Of a DNA stretch of 64,000 nt, positions 20,396 through 31,291 are shown piece by piece (position 1 is the stretch's first letter; each line of letters begins with the position of its first letter). The notes below the pieces were generated by a model that saw nothing but the letters and a program-made list of their open reading frames with translations, had not been told where the DNA came from and did not search any database. The DNA is from Chlamydiales bacterium. GTDB lineage: Bacteria; Chlamydiota; Chlamydiia; Chlamydiales; JAAZZY01. The stretch covers positions 32,001 through 96,000 of the forward strand of contig CBDBKM010000003.1 in assembly GCA_965206695.1 (NCBI GenBank), given 5' to 3'. The translations under genes were made by a program, and so were the position numbers.

Positions 20396-22015
20396 TTAAG
20401 GTAATAGACTTTGATTGAGGACGGTTTGCAGCACTTTATTCTGTAATATGCGTGAGAAAAGAGTCGCTTTTTGATGATCTTCTTTTTGATTGAAAAGGTA
20501 GACGTCATAAAAGGAGAGGGGATTTTCAGGTAATTTCTTTTCCCAATTTGGTTGAGATGAAATGTTATGGTTCAATAATTTTAGATGGCCTTTTCCGGAG
20601 GGATGAAAAACATCAGCTCTAATCATTTTAGGAACAAGATTGATTTCATTTTCTTCAATGACATTGTATAGAATCCCTTGTGTGCCTTTTATTTTGGTTG
20701 CAAAGGTATTTATAATAACAGAACCTTCAACTTCGATATGATCAGCGGTAACACCAATAAGCACACTATTTTTTATAGTGCCTGATTTGATTGTACAGTT
20801 GATAAGACAAGATTGTTCATCAATTTTTAATTCTTTTATTGGTAAATTATCCTGTTTGTTGTTTGATACGGCAAAGAATGAACGAAGAGCTAGAGCTTCA
20901 TGATCAGTATCTGTTAACTTTAAGCTATTCTTATAAAAAGAATCGATATTCCCATAATCCCACCAGTAACTATTACTTCCAATATCTACAGCACCAAAAA
21001 AACCTAAATCTGTATGATGTTGTTGAAACTGCGATTTAAAGTTTTGCATGCGTTGATAATGAGATTCCATTTTATTAGAAGGCTCTATTTTTTGAGACAT
21101 AAGAGAAAAGTAGGTATCGGAATCTAAAGTTAGAGGCATCCATAAGTGAGGATCGGTATCTAATTTAGTATTTTTTTGTGCTAATTCCTCCTTAAACTCT
21201 TTTAAAAGGGCTTGAAGCATTTCTAAAGATAAACTAAAAGAACCCAGGCTAATACCAAGTTTATTCTTGGCGTCAAATTTATTTTTGCCCTGCAGCTGTA
21301 AAAACGTTTCATATTTGAGTTTTTCTAATTGTTTCGCCTCATCATCTTTATCAATGGGAATAAGTCCATAGCGATTTAAGCCTCTTATCTTCCAAACATC
21401 TTCTGAAGGATGATCAATCTGTTGCATGTAAATATTTATATGATGTTTGGCATTCTGATTTAATTCTTTACTCGGAATAAATAATTGATCGCCCCAAAAA
21501 ACAGATAAGCGTTTCTTAGTGTTATTGACAAAGATAGCTGTTTGCTTGATCACGGCTTCTAGGAGAGTGATTGCCAAGACTTCTGTTCGATGAAGAACAG
21601 CTCCCGGCAATTTAACTTTAGATTTACTGTTCTGTTCACTACCCGGCAGAGGAGCCAGACGAGTGCCTTTCCCCGCTGTATGATAAAGAGCGATAGAAGC
21701 CCCTTCGGCTAATTTTTTAAAAAGATCAAACCCATGTCGCTCTTTTGCCGTTTGATTCGCTTCATCAAAAGCGAATAACGTGCCTAGAGCATTACCGGCA
21801 CCACCTGCCCAGTCTTCATAAATAGCAAAGACATAGGCGGAAGGTTTTAAAATTTGCCCACGCATATCATCCAGTCGTTTTTGCCAGAATTTTTTTTCAA
21901 ATTCACTATTTGTAGCAACAATAATGATATCCATTCCTTGCGAGATGACATGCATCTTTTCTATGTTTTTTAAAATAACTGATTCTGAAGGGTTTCTTTG
22001 ATGAGATATATTCAT
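20396..22015 (-). CDS. Putative sugar-1-phosphate nucleotidyltransferase (FPGT/Fkp-like) with C-terminal beta-helix
   Basis: GAGNALGTL and HTAGKGTRLAP resemble FPGT IGNGGSTL / HSGGYSQRLP; also WGDQ, WWDYG and hexapeptide-like repeats. Confidence 0.6.
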   Translation of the reverse strand: MNISHQRNPSESVILKNIEKMHVISQGMDIIIVATNSEFEKKFWQKRLDDMRGQILKPSAYVFAIYEDWAGGAGNALGTLFAFDEANQTAKERHGFDLFKKLAEGASIALYHTAGKGTRLAPLPGSEQNSKSKVKLPGAVLHRTEVLAITLLEAVIKQTAIFVNNTKKRLSVFWGDQLFIPSKELNQNAKHHINIYMQQIDHPSEDVWKIRGLNRYGLIPIDKDDEAKQLEKLKYETFLQLQGKNKFDAKNKLGISLGSFSLSLEMLQALLKEFKEELAQKNTKLDTDPHLWMPLTLDSDTYFSLMSQKIEPSNKMESHYQRMQNFKSQFQQHHTDLGFFGAVDIGSNSYWWDYGNIDSFYKNSLKLTDTDHEALALRSFFAVSNNKQDNLPIKELKIDEQSCLINCTIKSGTIKNSVLIGVTADHIEVEGSVIINTFATKIKGTQGILYNVIEENEINLVPKMIRADVFHPSGKGHLKLLNHNISSQPNWEKKLPENPLSFYDVYLFNQKEDHQKATLFSRILQNKVLQTVLNQSLLP

Positions 22016-22024
22016 GATTCAGGA

Positions 22025-23521
22025 TTAGTTTAGATTAATCGATACAAAACGGGTTACTTTACCATATTTTACTAATAATAGAACCCTTTGGTTAGTAGGA
22101 TTATGTTTTAATGCGTCGTAAAATTCCTTGATATCACTAATATTTTTCCTATTAATAGCTAATATTAAACTACCCGGTAGTATCCCGGCCTGTACTCCGG
22201 GAGATTTATTGGCTACTTTGGTAACCAAAGCACCTTTTTCCCGGGAGCTATACCCTAGTTGTTGGGCATATTCTTCAGAAAGATCTTCGACAAAAAATCC
22301 TAATTTATTAGCTATTTCACCTGCGTTTTCTTGAGTTGCTTCTTTAGGATGTTGACCTATGACCACTCTTATATGTTGGTTTTTTCCATCTCGGTTAACC
22401 GTAAGGTGCATGGGTGTACCCGGATCCATCAAGGCAACACTACTACTAAATGAAATCAGTGATTGAATAGATGTGTTATCATATTTAACGATAATATCTC
22501 CCTGTTGCAAGCCTGCGTCTTGTGCCGGTGAATGAGGCGCTACTTCAACTACGACCGCACCATGGTGCTCTTCAATATTAAAAGCTTGAGCAAGATCCGG
22601 TGTTAACGGTTGCAGTGCGATGCCTAAAAATCCGTGAGTGATTTGTCCATTTTCTATTAATTGGTTTTTGATATGCTTAACAATATTGACGGGAATAGCA
22701 AAACCTATTCCCATAGGTATACCTTTGTTTGTGAAAATAGCTGTGTTAATACCAATGACTTCGCTGTTAAGATTTAACAGTGGTCCACCGGAATTACCGG
22801 GATTAATATCTGCATCTGTCTGAATAAAGTCGTCCCATTTGGTTATATTGAGATTGCCTCTTCCTGTTGCACTAACAACTCCAACGGTTAAAGAAGCCCT
22901 AAATTCAAAAGGATTTCCAATGGCTACAACCCATTCACCAATTTCGATTTCATCAGAGTTTCCAAGTTCAAGAAAAGGGAAATTTGTTCCTTCTACTTTT
23001 ATAACAGCCACCTCAGTATTTGGATCTAAGCCCACAATACCGGCTTCATATTCTCTTCCGTCTTGTAAAGTAACCGTGATTCTTTCAGCATCTTTAACAA
23101 CATGGTTATTTGTAACGACATAACCATCGGAGCTAACAAAAAAGCCTGAGCCCGTTCCTTGCATTACCGGCTGTTGCTGTGCTTGAGATGTTCGTGGATT
23201 GCCAAAGAAGCGATAGAATGATTCTTGATTAAAAAGATTATTCTCAGAAATGCCTATATGATTTTGTGTTTTAATAAACACAACAGCCGGGATTGCTTTT
23301 TTAGCAAAACTTGTAAAGGCTTTAGAGGTTTCTTTTAAAATATTAATGCCTTCTAAAGCTTCTGTTTCCTTATTTTCTTGTTCGAAATGCGTATTTTTGG
23401 CGGTTAGCGTAGCAATAGAGATGAATGAGAAAAAAGAGAAGCCAAGAAAAAGAGCTGTACATCTGCTTGCTTTAGAAAATAATTGCTTTGAAATCACTCT
23501 TAAACCTCCTTGCTTTTTCAA
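22025..23521 (-). CDS. htrA: DegP/HtrA periplasmic serine protease with two PDZ domains
   Basis: GSGFF, TNNHVV, INPGNSGGPL, two PDZ domains, signal peptide; exact start uncertain. Confidence 0.95.
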   Translation of the reverse strand: MKKQGGLRVISKQLFSKASRCTALFLGFSFFSFISIATLTAKNTHFEQENKETEALEGINILKETSKAFTSFAKKAIPAVVFIKTQNHIGISENNLFNQESFYRFFGNPRTSQAQQQPVMQGTGSGFFVSSDGYVVTNNHVVKDAERITVTLQDGREYEAGIVGLDPNTEVAVIKVEGTNFPFLELGNSDEIEIGEWVVAIGNPFEFRASLTVGVVSATGRGNLNITKWDDFIQTDADINPGNSGGPLLNLNSEVIGINTAIFTNKGIPMGIGFAIPVNIVKHIKNQLIENGQITHGFLGIALQPLTPDLAQAFNIEEHHGAVVVEVAPHSPAQDAGLQQGDIIVKYDNTSIQSLISFSSSVALMDPGTPMHLTVNRDGKNQHIRVVIGQHPKEATQENAGEIANKLGFFVEDLSEEYAQQLGYSSREKGALVTKVANKSPGVQAGILPGSLILAINRKNISDIKEFYDALKHNPTNQRVLLLVKYGKVTRFVSINLN

Positions 23522-23629
23522 GTTGAAAATATACCATTTTAACCACTTGATGAGATAAACCTCAAGTTCATAGTTATTTCAATTGTTTAGTTTATAAGTT
23601 TTATTTTTTGATAAAAGTTATAAAACGCG

Positions 23630-26602
23630 TCATATTGTTTTTATTTCTAAAGAAGACAGTTTTGCTTTCTTTAAAAGGAGATTTTCTTTTTCTAAGAAAT
23701 TTTTATCGGCAAAAGAAATAATAACCCCATCTTTCATTTTCGGAGCAATATGTTGGGCTACTGCCGAACGAATGTCTTTTTGATTGGCTTGGATTAAGCG
23801 GTCGCGAAATTGTTGTCGAGTTTCTTGGGTTTTTCCTTCTTTTAACCAGCAATAAGCAGTCAAAGTATGGCTCCCGGGAGATATAGGGCCGTCCATCTTT
23901 TGCAAGATGCCCAGCTTTGCTTCTTCAATATCATTTTCAGAAAATTGATTATCCATAATTTTTGTTACAGCATTATGAAATTGTACAACACTATTAGCAA
24001 GATGAGGGTCTCGATATGTGAAAAAGTAAAATTTACCCGTGTTGCTTTTATTAGAAGCTCCACTACCATAGGCGCCACCTTGCTCTCGAATAGCACTATG
24101 CAATGTAGTATTATCAAAAAGTCCGGAAGCAAGGCTTAAGAGAGGGGAAGCCGAATGCTGAAGTGGGATTGTATCAAAACACATACAGATAAAGGCAACA
24201 GGTGAAGAGATGATACGCCCTTGGCTATGGATTGGTTCAATTTTATAGTCCGGTTTAAAAGCTTCATAGGGTTTTGTTTTTAAGTTCGTAAGCCCATAAA
24301 AATCTCGATCTTGTATTTCTTGATAGTTTTTTTGATCACAAGCGGTAACAATATCAAAATTTTCAAGACATAACAGCTGCTCCTTTAACCTCTGCATTGT
24401 TTCACTAATAAACGGAATATTTTTTTTGAAGTCCTTAGCTAATTTTTTGATATGATGAAAATACGATAATCCATACCAATCATTTAGTATCTTACAAGGA
24501 GTATTCAATGAACTTGAAGCTAAAGTGGTAGCATAACGCATAGCGCTATGGTTGACATCGTTTTCTAAGTCTGTAACATGTTGGGATAATAGTTCTTCAA
24601 GACGAGCTAAGTCAGTGAAATCGGCAGTTTCTAACATATCGATCATTAAGGGATATAATTTGTCAGCTTTTCGTTTTAAAGCTTTACCCTGCAAAGAGAG
24701 AGTCGGTCTTAATTTTGTTGGGTCATTGGCTTGACAATGTAGATCTAAAGTTACATGGATGCCCCCGGTATGCGATTGGATATATTCGAGATTTGATATA
24801 TAATCACGTCCTCCACATCCGACTTGAGGAAGTAAATGAGAAAAAAGACGGACATAAGGGAGGTCTTGTTCGGAAATCTTAGGAAGAGGAAACATCACAT
24901 CAGTATAGATAATATTGTTAGTAAAAGAATCATGGAAATATAAATTAGCTTCATTTTTTCGATCAGTAGCTATTGGTATTTGTCTCGCTTTTTTAGATAC
25001 ATCTTTTAAAGTTATTTTGGGTAAAACATCAATATCTTCTTCTTCTTGTTTTTTTTGAAAAGCACTTAATTCCTTTGCTTTTGCTTTGATCTGATTCTTT
25101 TTTTCTTCACTAAGCCTCTCTTTTATTTTTAATAATCGCTTACGCTCATTTTCAGCTTCTTTAGTTGCTAACTCTTTATCAGGGAAAAGAGTTAAAGTAA
25201 CAAAATGAGGATTGTTAATAAGGTAACGTTTTAATAAATTCGGTAAATAATTAGGATCTTGAATTAAGCGATGTAATTCTTCAAATAGAGAATGAATCAT
25301 TAAACTCTTCTCAGGTTCCGCGCCATGCTGTTTAGAAGGCGCTAATCGCATAAATAATGAAAGGCCGAAAGGCCCTTGATCTGAAGAAATTTCACTACGA
25401 TGAAATTCTAACTGATGCAAAGCAGCTTCAATAAGATGCGAAGGGATTTTTCCGTCAACAAAGGAATTCAGAGTTTGAAAAACAATGGTTTTTACTTCTT
25501 CTAAAGATTGTTCCTTACAGCCTTCTAAAATAAGAATATAAGGTGCTTCGCAAAGATCTTCATCTAAAAAACCATAAGCGTTTTTACATAACCCGGATTT
25601 TAGTAGGGCGTATTTTAAGGGAGCAGCATCTGTGCCCATCAAGATAACTTCTAAAAGATTTAAGCCTAAAATATCGGTTTGTTCAGTCAGATGACAAGTC
25701 AACCATCCTAATGCAATAAAAGTTTTATCGGTTATGTCCTCATTGGGATTAGCAGGATAAGCTTGTTTAAACGTTTGCTCAGAGGTGTAGCGTTTTTGAA
25801 GAGGAATAGGGGGAAGAGGGCTCATTTTTTTAGCCTCTTTAAGGGCATGGGTCTCTATAAAGTCGAGATGCTCTTCTGTAGGACGGTTACCATAAAAATA
25901 GAAAAGACAACGCCCCTTTTGATAATATCTTTTATGGAAGTCTCGTAATTGCCGGTAAGTTAAATCAGGAATAACTTTAGGGTCACCTCCTGAGTTATAG
26001 TGATAAGTCGTGCCGGGATAGATGCCTGACATGATAGCTTCCCATAAGCGTGATATTGGTGAAGATAAAGCCCCTTTCATCTCATTGAAAACAATACCCT
26101 TATATTCTAAATCTGAATTAGGATCATCGAGGTTATTAAATTCTAAACGATGCCCTTCTTGTAGAAAGCTTAATTCATATAAGTTTGGTTCGAAAACAGC
26201 ATCCAGATAAACTTCTAATAGATTTTCGAAATCTTTAGGTACTTGTGAGGCTGCCGGATAATAGGTCATATCCGCACCGGTTAAAGCATTGATATAGGTA
26301 TTTAAGCTTCGCCTGCTCATAGAAAAAAACGGATCTTTAACCGGATATTTTTTTGAACCGCAAAGAACAGTATGTTCAAGTATATGAGCAACCCCATTGG
26401 AACTATCAGGTCGTGTATGAAAAGTTAAGCAAAAGGCAGTCTCTTCATCATCGTTGCAAATATGAATGACTTCAGCCCCACTGGGAAGATGTTCAATTTC
26501 TTTATAAACACACTGTAATTCATCTATATGAATGAGTTTGGTCAATTTAAAATTTTTGTAGGTATCCCCGACTTTTGATAATTTTAACATATTTTTTGAC
26601 AT
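23630..26602 (-). CDS. Insulinase (M16C, presequence protease-like) zinc metalloprotease
   Basis: GVAHILEHTVLCGSKKYPVKDPF, IREQGGAYG, YRDP. Confidence 0.95.
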   Translation of the reverse strand: MSKNMLKLSKVGDTYKNFKLTKLIHIDELQCVYKEIEHLPSGAEVIHICNDDEETAFCLTFHTRPDSSNGVAHILEHTVLCGSKKYPVKDPFFSMSRRSLNTYINALTGADMTYYPAASQVPKDFENLLEVYLDAVFEPNLYELSFLQEGHRLEFNNLDDPNSDLEYKGIVFNEMKGALSSPISRLWEAIMSGIYPGTTYHYNSGGDPKVIPDLTYRQLRDFHKRYYQKGRCLFYFYGNRPTEEHLDFIETHALKEAKKMSPLPPIPLQKRYTSEQTFKQAYPANPNEDITDKTFIALGWLTCHLTEQTDILGLNLLEVILMGTDAAPLKYALLKSGLCKNAYGFLDEDLCEAPYILILEGCKEQSLEEVKTIVFQTLNSFVDGKIPSHLIEAALHQLEFHRSEISSDQGPFGLSLFMRLAPSKQHGAEPEKSLMIHSLFEELHRLIQDPNYLPNLLKRYLINNPHFVTLTLFPDKELATKEAENERKRLLKIKERLSEEKKNQIKAKAKELSAFQKKQEEEDIDVLPKITLKDVSKKARQIPIATDRKNEANLYFHDSFTNNIIYTDVMFPLPKISEQDLPYVRLFSHLLPQVGCGGRDYISNLEYIQSHTGGIHVTLDLHCQANDPTKLRPTLSLQGKALKRKADKLYPLMIDMLETADFTDLARLEELLSQHVTDLENDVNHSAMRYATTLASSSLNTPCKILNDWYGLSYFHHIKKLAKDFKKNIPFISETMQRLKEQLLCLENFDIVTACDQKNYQEIQDRDFYGLTNLKTKPYEAFKPDYKIEPIHSQGRIISSPVAFICMCFDTIPLQHSASPLLSLASGLFDNTTLHSAIREQGGAYGSGASNKSNTGKFYFFTYRDPHLANSVVQFHNAVTKIMDNQFSENDIEEAKLGILQKMDGPISPGSHTLTAYCWLKEGKTQETRQQFRDRLIQANQKDIRSAVAQHIAPKMKDGVIISFADKNFLEKENLLLKKAKLSSLEIKTI

Positions 26603-26815
26603 GTAGTTCTTCCAAGAATAAGAATTTTAAAAACAAGATATAATTTAAGGATAGAGTCTAATATATAGCAGAATTTTTCCCAAAGCTTTTGAAAACAATC
26701 AAAAAAGATATCAATATTATGAGTGCTTCAAATTTAGGATTTCTGACAACTAAGCGAGAAAACCCCTGCTTAAGTATTGAGATGATCGCCTCTTAAATTA
26801 AATGAATATCATAAT

Positions 26816-27121
26816 TTATATTTTTTTATGTACCTGATCAGTAGCGAAGAATATATCCTGTCGGCCGTCGCTATTGCTTTTTAGCTCTTGATAAACGGTA
26901 GATTTGCTTACTTTAATTGCTTTGCCTATGCAGTTAATTGAATCTCCTCTTTGTTTTAAAGTATATATTTGGCATCTTTGCTCATAGTTTAAATATCGGG
27001 AACCTTTAAGCATAAAAATCCCTCTATAATATTTTTTATCAAAAATTTACCATAGAGATTTTACCGGCATTTGGCTATTTTCAAATACTTTTTATTTGTC
27101 GCGCTTCGATATTATAAGGGC
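26816..27121 (-). mobile_element. IS30-family transposase N-terminal fragment with left end
   Basis: YRYLNYEQRCQI-type HTH start (RYLNYEQRCQIYTL...VSKSTVYQELKSN), truncated. Confidence 0.75.
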
Positions 27122-27432
27122 GTGATTCGCAGGGAGCAATGTAAGTACGCCAAAACCTATTGTTACGACAGGCAGCGGAAACAATCCAAAAGTTATCCGT
27201 TTGAAACTTAAGGGTGAAAGGTTGGATGCGTTTAAAATAGATTTTGTATTTGATGATATTGCTCTTAATTTTGGTATTGATTCCGGCGCTTCTTTTTTCT
27301 TAACCAAAACAACGGATTGTTATCCGAAGCCGGTTGGAAAAGCTAGTCGATACCGATTAGGAAAATCTTTATTTCCTTTCATATGTCTGAACAATTGGAA
27401 ATGAAAAAAGATGAGCTAAAGGCATAATCTTA

Positions 27433-27460
27433 AATCACAGCGCTTTTAAGCGTTGTGATT
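27433..27460. terminator. Hairpin downstream of the methyltransferase gene
   Basis: AATCACAGCGCTT-TT-AAGCGTTGTGATT inverted repeat. Confidence 0.55.
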
Positions 27461-27477
27461 ATGATACATTCCTATAT

Positions 27478-28338
27478 TTAAGAATTGTTTGGATTAATCG
27501 CTTCTGCTTCCAATCGATCTACGGTAAAGTGAACTTGTCCTAATGTATCAGCGGGCATTATTTCTAAATATCGATCAATTAAAGAAGATAAAAAGAGCTG
27601 TTTTTGATCTTCCGGTAATGGTTGCAAGTAAGGCAGCCATTGGCCGACAAAATTTTGAAACGCATCTTTTGAAGCAAACACATCTTCATATTCAACAAGC
27701 TCGACTCTAAGCGGTTTTAGTCCGGCATCTTCTAAAAGACCGGTATATTCATTTGGAAAGTAAAAACGCCATTCCGGTTTGAAATCGATGAAATAGCCGT
27801 ACCACTGTTCCTTATTGATTAAATCTTTGATGGCTGTATCTAAAGCAGCCGGCATAGTAGGCATTTGGATCATGACATAGCCTAAAGGTTTTAAACTTTT
27901 TCGTATGCCTTGCAAGGCTGATAATTGATTTTGGACAAAATGCAAAGCTGTAAAAGATACCGCTACATCGAATTTTTGTTCGAAGTCTAAAGTAGCTGCA
28001 TCTTTCAATGAAAAAGAAATATTAGTGATATCAGAAAAATTAGTTTGAGCGAAGTCAATCATAGAAGGAGAGATGTCAACTCCTACAACAGAGCCTTTCG
28101 GTAATAATTCGGCAATTGATGCTGATACATTCCCTGATCCACATCCAACATCTAATACTTGCTCATATCCAAGAAATTTATATCGGGCCAAGAAGGTATT
28201 AGCGGTATTACTTTGAGATTGAGAGAATTCATGATAAGTTTCGCCGTTCCACGTATCCGATACTGCTAGAATACAAGGAGAACTTAATAGGAAAAATGAT
28301 AAGACAAATGCAAGCATTAGATTTGAAAAAACAGCCAT
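27478..28338 (-). CDS. Class I SAM-dependent methyltransferase (Tam-like) with predicted signal peptide
   Basis: VLDVGCGSG, GVDISPSMI, FDVAVSFTALHFV; hydrophobic N-terminus. Confidence 0.85.
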   Translation of the reverse strand: MAVFSNLMLAFVLSFFLLSSPCILAVSDTWNGETYHEFSQSQSNTANTFLARYKFLGYEQVLDVGCGSGNVSASIAELLPKGSVVGVDISPSMIDFAQTNFSDITNISFSLKDAATLDFEQKFDVAVSFTALHFVQNQLSALQGIRKSLKPLGYVMIQMPTMPAALDTAIKDLINKEQWYGYFIDFKPEWRFYFPNEYTGLLEDAGLKPLRVELVEYEDVFASKDAFQNFVGQWLPYLQPLPEDQKQLFLSSLIDRYLEIMPADTLGQVHFTVDRLEAEAINPNNS

Positions 28339-28563
28339 AAAAAACCCTTTAACATAGGAGATGTTTAAAATTATTTAAGGGATAAGGCTACAAAGAATGA
28401 GGAAATTTGTCAATCCAGGAAAATGCTTCTTCAAATGATTTAGAGAATTGGAAGATGATTTCATCGCCTTTTTCCTTACCAATGACTTGAAGGCCAAAAG
28501 GTAGTCCGGCATCTGTAAATCCACAAGGGAGATTGCCTGCAGGTTGCCCACTAAATATTAAAT

Positions 28564-29945
28564 GGGACTGTTGAAATCTAAGTGACTATTTTTCTAAAAA
28601 GCTGTTATGTTTTTTTTTAAAGGAAAGGTGTGGAATCAAATAGAAATGGTCAGTTTAGAAGATTTCATTCCCGAAACGCATAATTACCGTAAATTCGATC
28701 AAATTTGGTCTTTTAAATCTGTAGAGAAAAAGCTAAAGCAATTGGAGAAAAATAATCCTTATAAAGGACTCGGACTTCTTCGATTATTTAAATGCTTACT
28801 TCTTCAGTTCATGGAAAATTTAAGCGATCGAGAGCCGGAACGCTACATTCAAGAGAATACTGCAGCCAAGTGGTTGTGTCGCTTTAGTTTGAGAGAGAAT
28901 ACTCCTGATCATACCACTTTTTGTAAAGTTAGGCACAAAATAGGGACAAAGATCCTATCCAAAATTTTCGCTGACTTAAGAGATCAACTAAGAAAACAAA
29001 GAGTGATGAATGAGGTTTTTAGCTTCGTAGACACCACTCATTTAATTGCTAAAGCCAATTTATGGAAAGAACGAGATAACGCCCTACAAACCAAATACAA
29101 GAAATTAAATAATGAGGTACTACCGACGGTTGCCGGCGATAGACAAGCCCGTATTGGTTGTAAGGGTAATAATAAATTTTGGTACGGTTATAAAAAACAT
29201 ATCAACCTGAGTTTTGGGTTTAAGTTGTTGGTATTTAATGAAGGGTATATATGAAAATTGTGCTTTTATATATATATCAGCCAAAAGTAAAGGGATACAA
29301 CAGGATTTTTAAATGAAAATTAATCTATCTATTTTGAATACAGTAGGATAAACCCACAACTCAAGTTACCTATGGTCATTTAAACCTAAAACTCAGGTTA
29401 TCAGTGTAGATATGCAGAGTGGTTTAATTAATAAAGTAGCCATTACACCGGGTAATAAAACAGATGCTCAAGGTTTGGAACATGTCTGTCCTACTCAAGG
29501 AGCCATTTATGCAGATTAAAGGTTATTGTACGAATCCGGCTAAGCAAGTTGCGGCTAAACGTACGTGTCATTTAGCTGCTATTAAGAAAAATAATATGAA
29601 GGAAAAGAATAAAGACTGCGATCGATAGTATAGTGGTTTACGCTCGCCCTATGAGTGAGTTTTTTCTCAGGATCCTAAGCGTATCCGTTATCGTGGTGTT
29701 TCTAAAGAACCAATTTTTGGCCTTTATGCAAGCGATCAGCTTTAATTTAAAACGCTTATTTGGTGCTTCATTTCCCAAATGTTTGTTTAAATTGAAGGAT
29801 AGCTATGTCTGTTCCGTTACATTTTTCGGCTTGCAACAGCAAACTCCTATAAATCGCTTTAAAAGCTTCTATAATAAACGATTAAAATCCGACCCGATTT
29901 TTTTCATTGCTAAATCCTAAAAACCTGTTAGATCGCAACACACCC
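28564..29945 (+). mobile_element. IS5-family element with degraded transposase
   Basis: IRs GGGACTGTTGAAATCTAA / TTAGATCGCAACACACCC, TAAAT on both flanks; LSDRE, TPDHTTF, WYGYKKH...SVDMQSGLI motifs. Confidence 0.9.
29204..29399. mobile_element. 196-bp MITE with IS982-like terminal IRs inserted in the IS5 transposase
   Basis: AACCTGAGTTTTGGGTTTAA...TTAAACCTAAAACTCAGGTT with ATC duplication (29201-29203, 29400-29402). Confidence 0.8.
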
Positions 29946-30085
29946 TAAATAGACATTTAGTTTTGGATTCAATCTTTCTATACGCCCTAGAAATGCTTCT
30001 GTCAGCTCAACACAAGAAATTTCTTTTTTTAAAAGCAATTGTCTTAATTGATAGGCAGGCATAAAAAAAAGTTCATTTCCTTGAA

Positions 30086-31291
30086 TCATGTGTTAGCCTT
30101 TTGGTCGTGGGACTTTAATTTGAGGAATACAATAAAAACAAACAGTAGAACTAAGGATAAGGTGATAAAAAAAATCGATATTGGAATTAACGTGTTCATT
30201 CTAAAAGCAGATAAAATAGCTGATAAGATAGCCCCCCATAAAGAAGGTCCGAAACCGGTTAAGGCAGCGGCTACTCCTGCATTTTCTTTGAAGACTGTCA
30301 AAGCTCCCGTGTTACAGTTGGGACTAATCATCCCTGTGCCAAGCGCGTAAAATACCATCGGTAGTAAAATAGCTAAAATATTGAAAAGATCTAAAAACGC
30401 TAAAATACAATATGAAATACCGGCTGCTATCATGATGCAAAGGCTAATGAAGATCATGGGGTCCGGGTGAACTCGATGAGATAATCGACGAGCAACAAAA
30501 GCTCCACCCATATAACCGATAACGTTGGCTATTAAAAGGTAACTGTAGGTTGCCTTATTCAAATGGATATTGATAATATAAAGAAAGGGAGCAACCGTGT
30601 AGTAACTCATAAGGCCACCAAAAGCCATACCGTAGATGAGGAGATATCCGACAAATTTTCTATGAGACAAAAGTGTGGTCATCGTTTTAAAAAAACCACT
30701 TAAATCTAATGTTAGAAGTTTTTTTCTGTTTGTTTCCCATAAATGTAGATAAGTAGTAAAAGATAGGAGGCCGCCAATAATAACGAGTAAAAAAAAGATT
30801 GCTCGCCAGCCTAACCAATTATCAATATAAGACCCTATAACAGGCGCTACCATTGGTGTTACAGCTACAATAATAGCAGATGTTGCCATGGTATGTGTCA
30901 GTTGTTTTCTATCAAAGTGATCCGTAAGCATAGAGCGTATTAAGACAGGGCCAACACCCATTCCAATAGACTCAATAAAACGACCAAGCGAAAAAAAGAA
31001 AATATTGAAAGATAACCCGGAAATAAACGCACCTGTAGTTGTTGCGATTAACCCTAAAAATAGTATGGGCTTTCTTCCGAAACGATCTGATAAAGAGCCC
31101 CAAATTAATTGAGATAAAGAAAACCCTAACAGAAAAAGAGAAACGGTTAATTTAACATAGATTTCTGAGGTATTAAAAATAGTAGAGAGTTGAGGTAGAA
31201 CGGGTAGATAAATATTAACAGAGAGCCAACCAAATAAGAAAACTGAATAAGCAAAAAATTTAATATAACGTTCTTTTTTTGATTCTAACAT
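30086..31291 (-). CDS. Bcr/CflA-family multidrug MFS transporter
   Basis: IYLPVLPQL, GSLSDRFGRKP, WLGWRAIF, about 12 TM. Confidence 0.9.
   Translation of the reverse strand: MLESKKERYIKFFAYSVFLFGWLSVNIYLPVLPQLSTIFNTSEIYVKLTVSLFLLGFSLSQLIWGSLSDRFGRKPILFLGLIATTTGAFISGLSFNIFFFSLGRFIESIGMGVGPVLIRSMLTDHFDRKQLTHTMATSAIIVAVTPMVAPVIGSYIDNWLGWRAIFFLLVIIGGLLSFTTYLHLWETNRKKLLTLDLSGFFKTMTTLLSHRKFVGYLLIYGMAFGGLMSYYTVAPFLYIINIHLNKATYSYLLIANVIGYMGGAFVARRLSHRVHPDPMIFISLCIMIAAGISYCILAFLDLFNILAILLPMVFYALGTGMISPNCNTGALTVFKENAGVAAALTGFGPSLWGAILSAILSAFRMNTLIPISIFFITLSLVLLFVFIVFLKLKSHDQKANT

Larger units (their letters stand above)
28388..30089 (-). pseudogene. Amidase-signature family pseudogene: N-terminus 29946-30089 and C-terminus 28388-28563; the centre is replaced by IS5
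   Basis: N-terminal MIQGNELFFMPAYQLRQLLLKKEISCVELTEAFLGRIERLNPKLN; C-terminal GQPAGNLPCGFTDAGLPFGLQVIG...FEEAFSW; ATGA overlap with the MFS gene. Confidence 0.85.

Noticed and set aside
27092..27404. Short ORFs next to the IS30 end
   Set aside because: No recognisable family or good start; probably a gene remnant
29633..29920. 95-aa ORF as an independent gene
   Set aside because: It is the frameshifted tail of the IS5 transposase and the IS end
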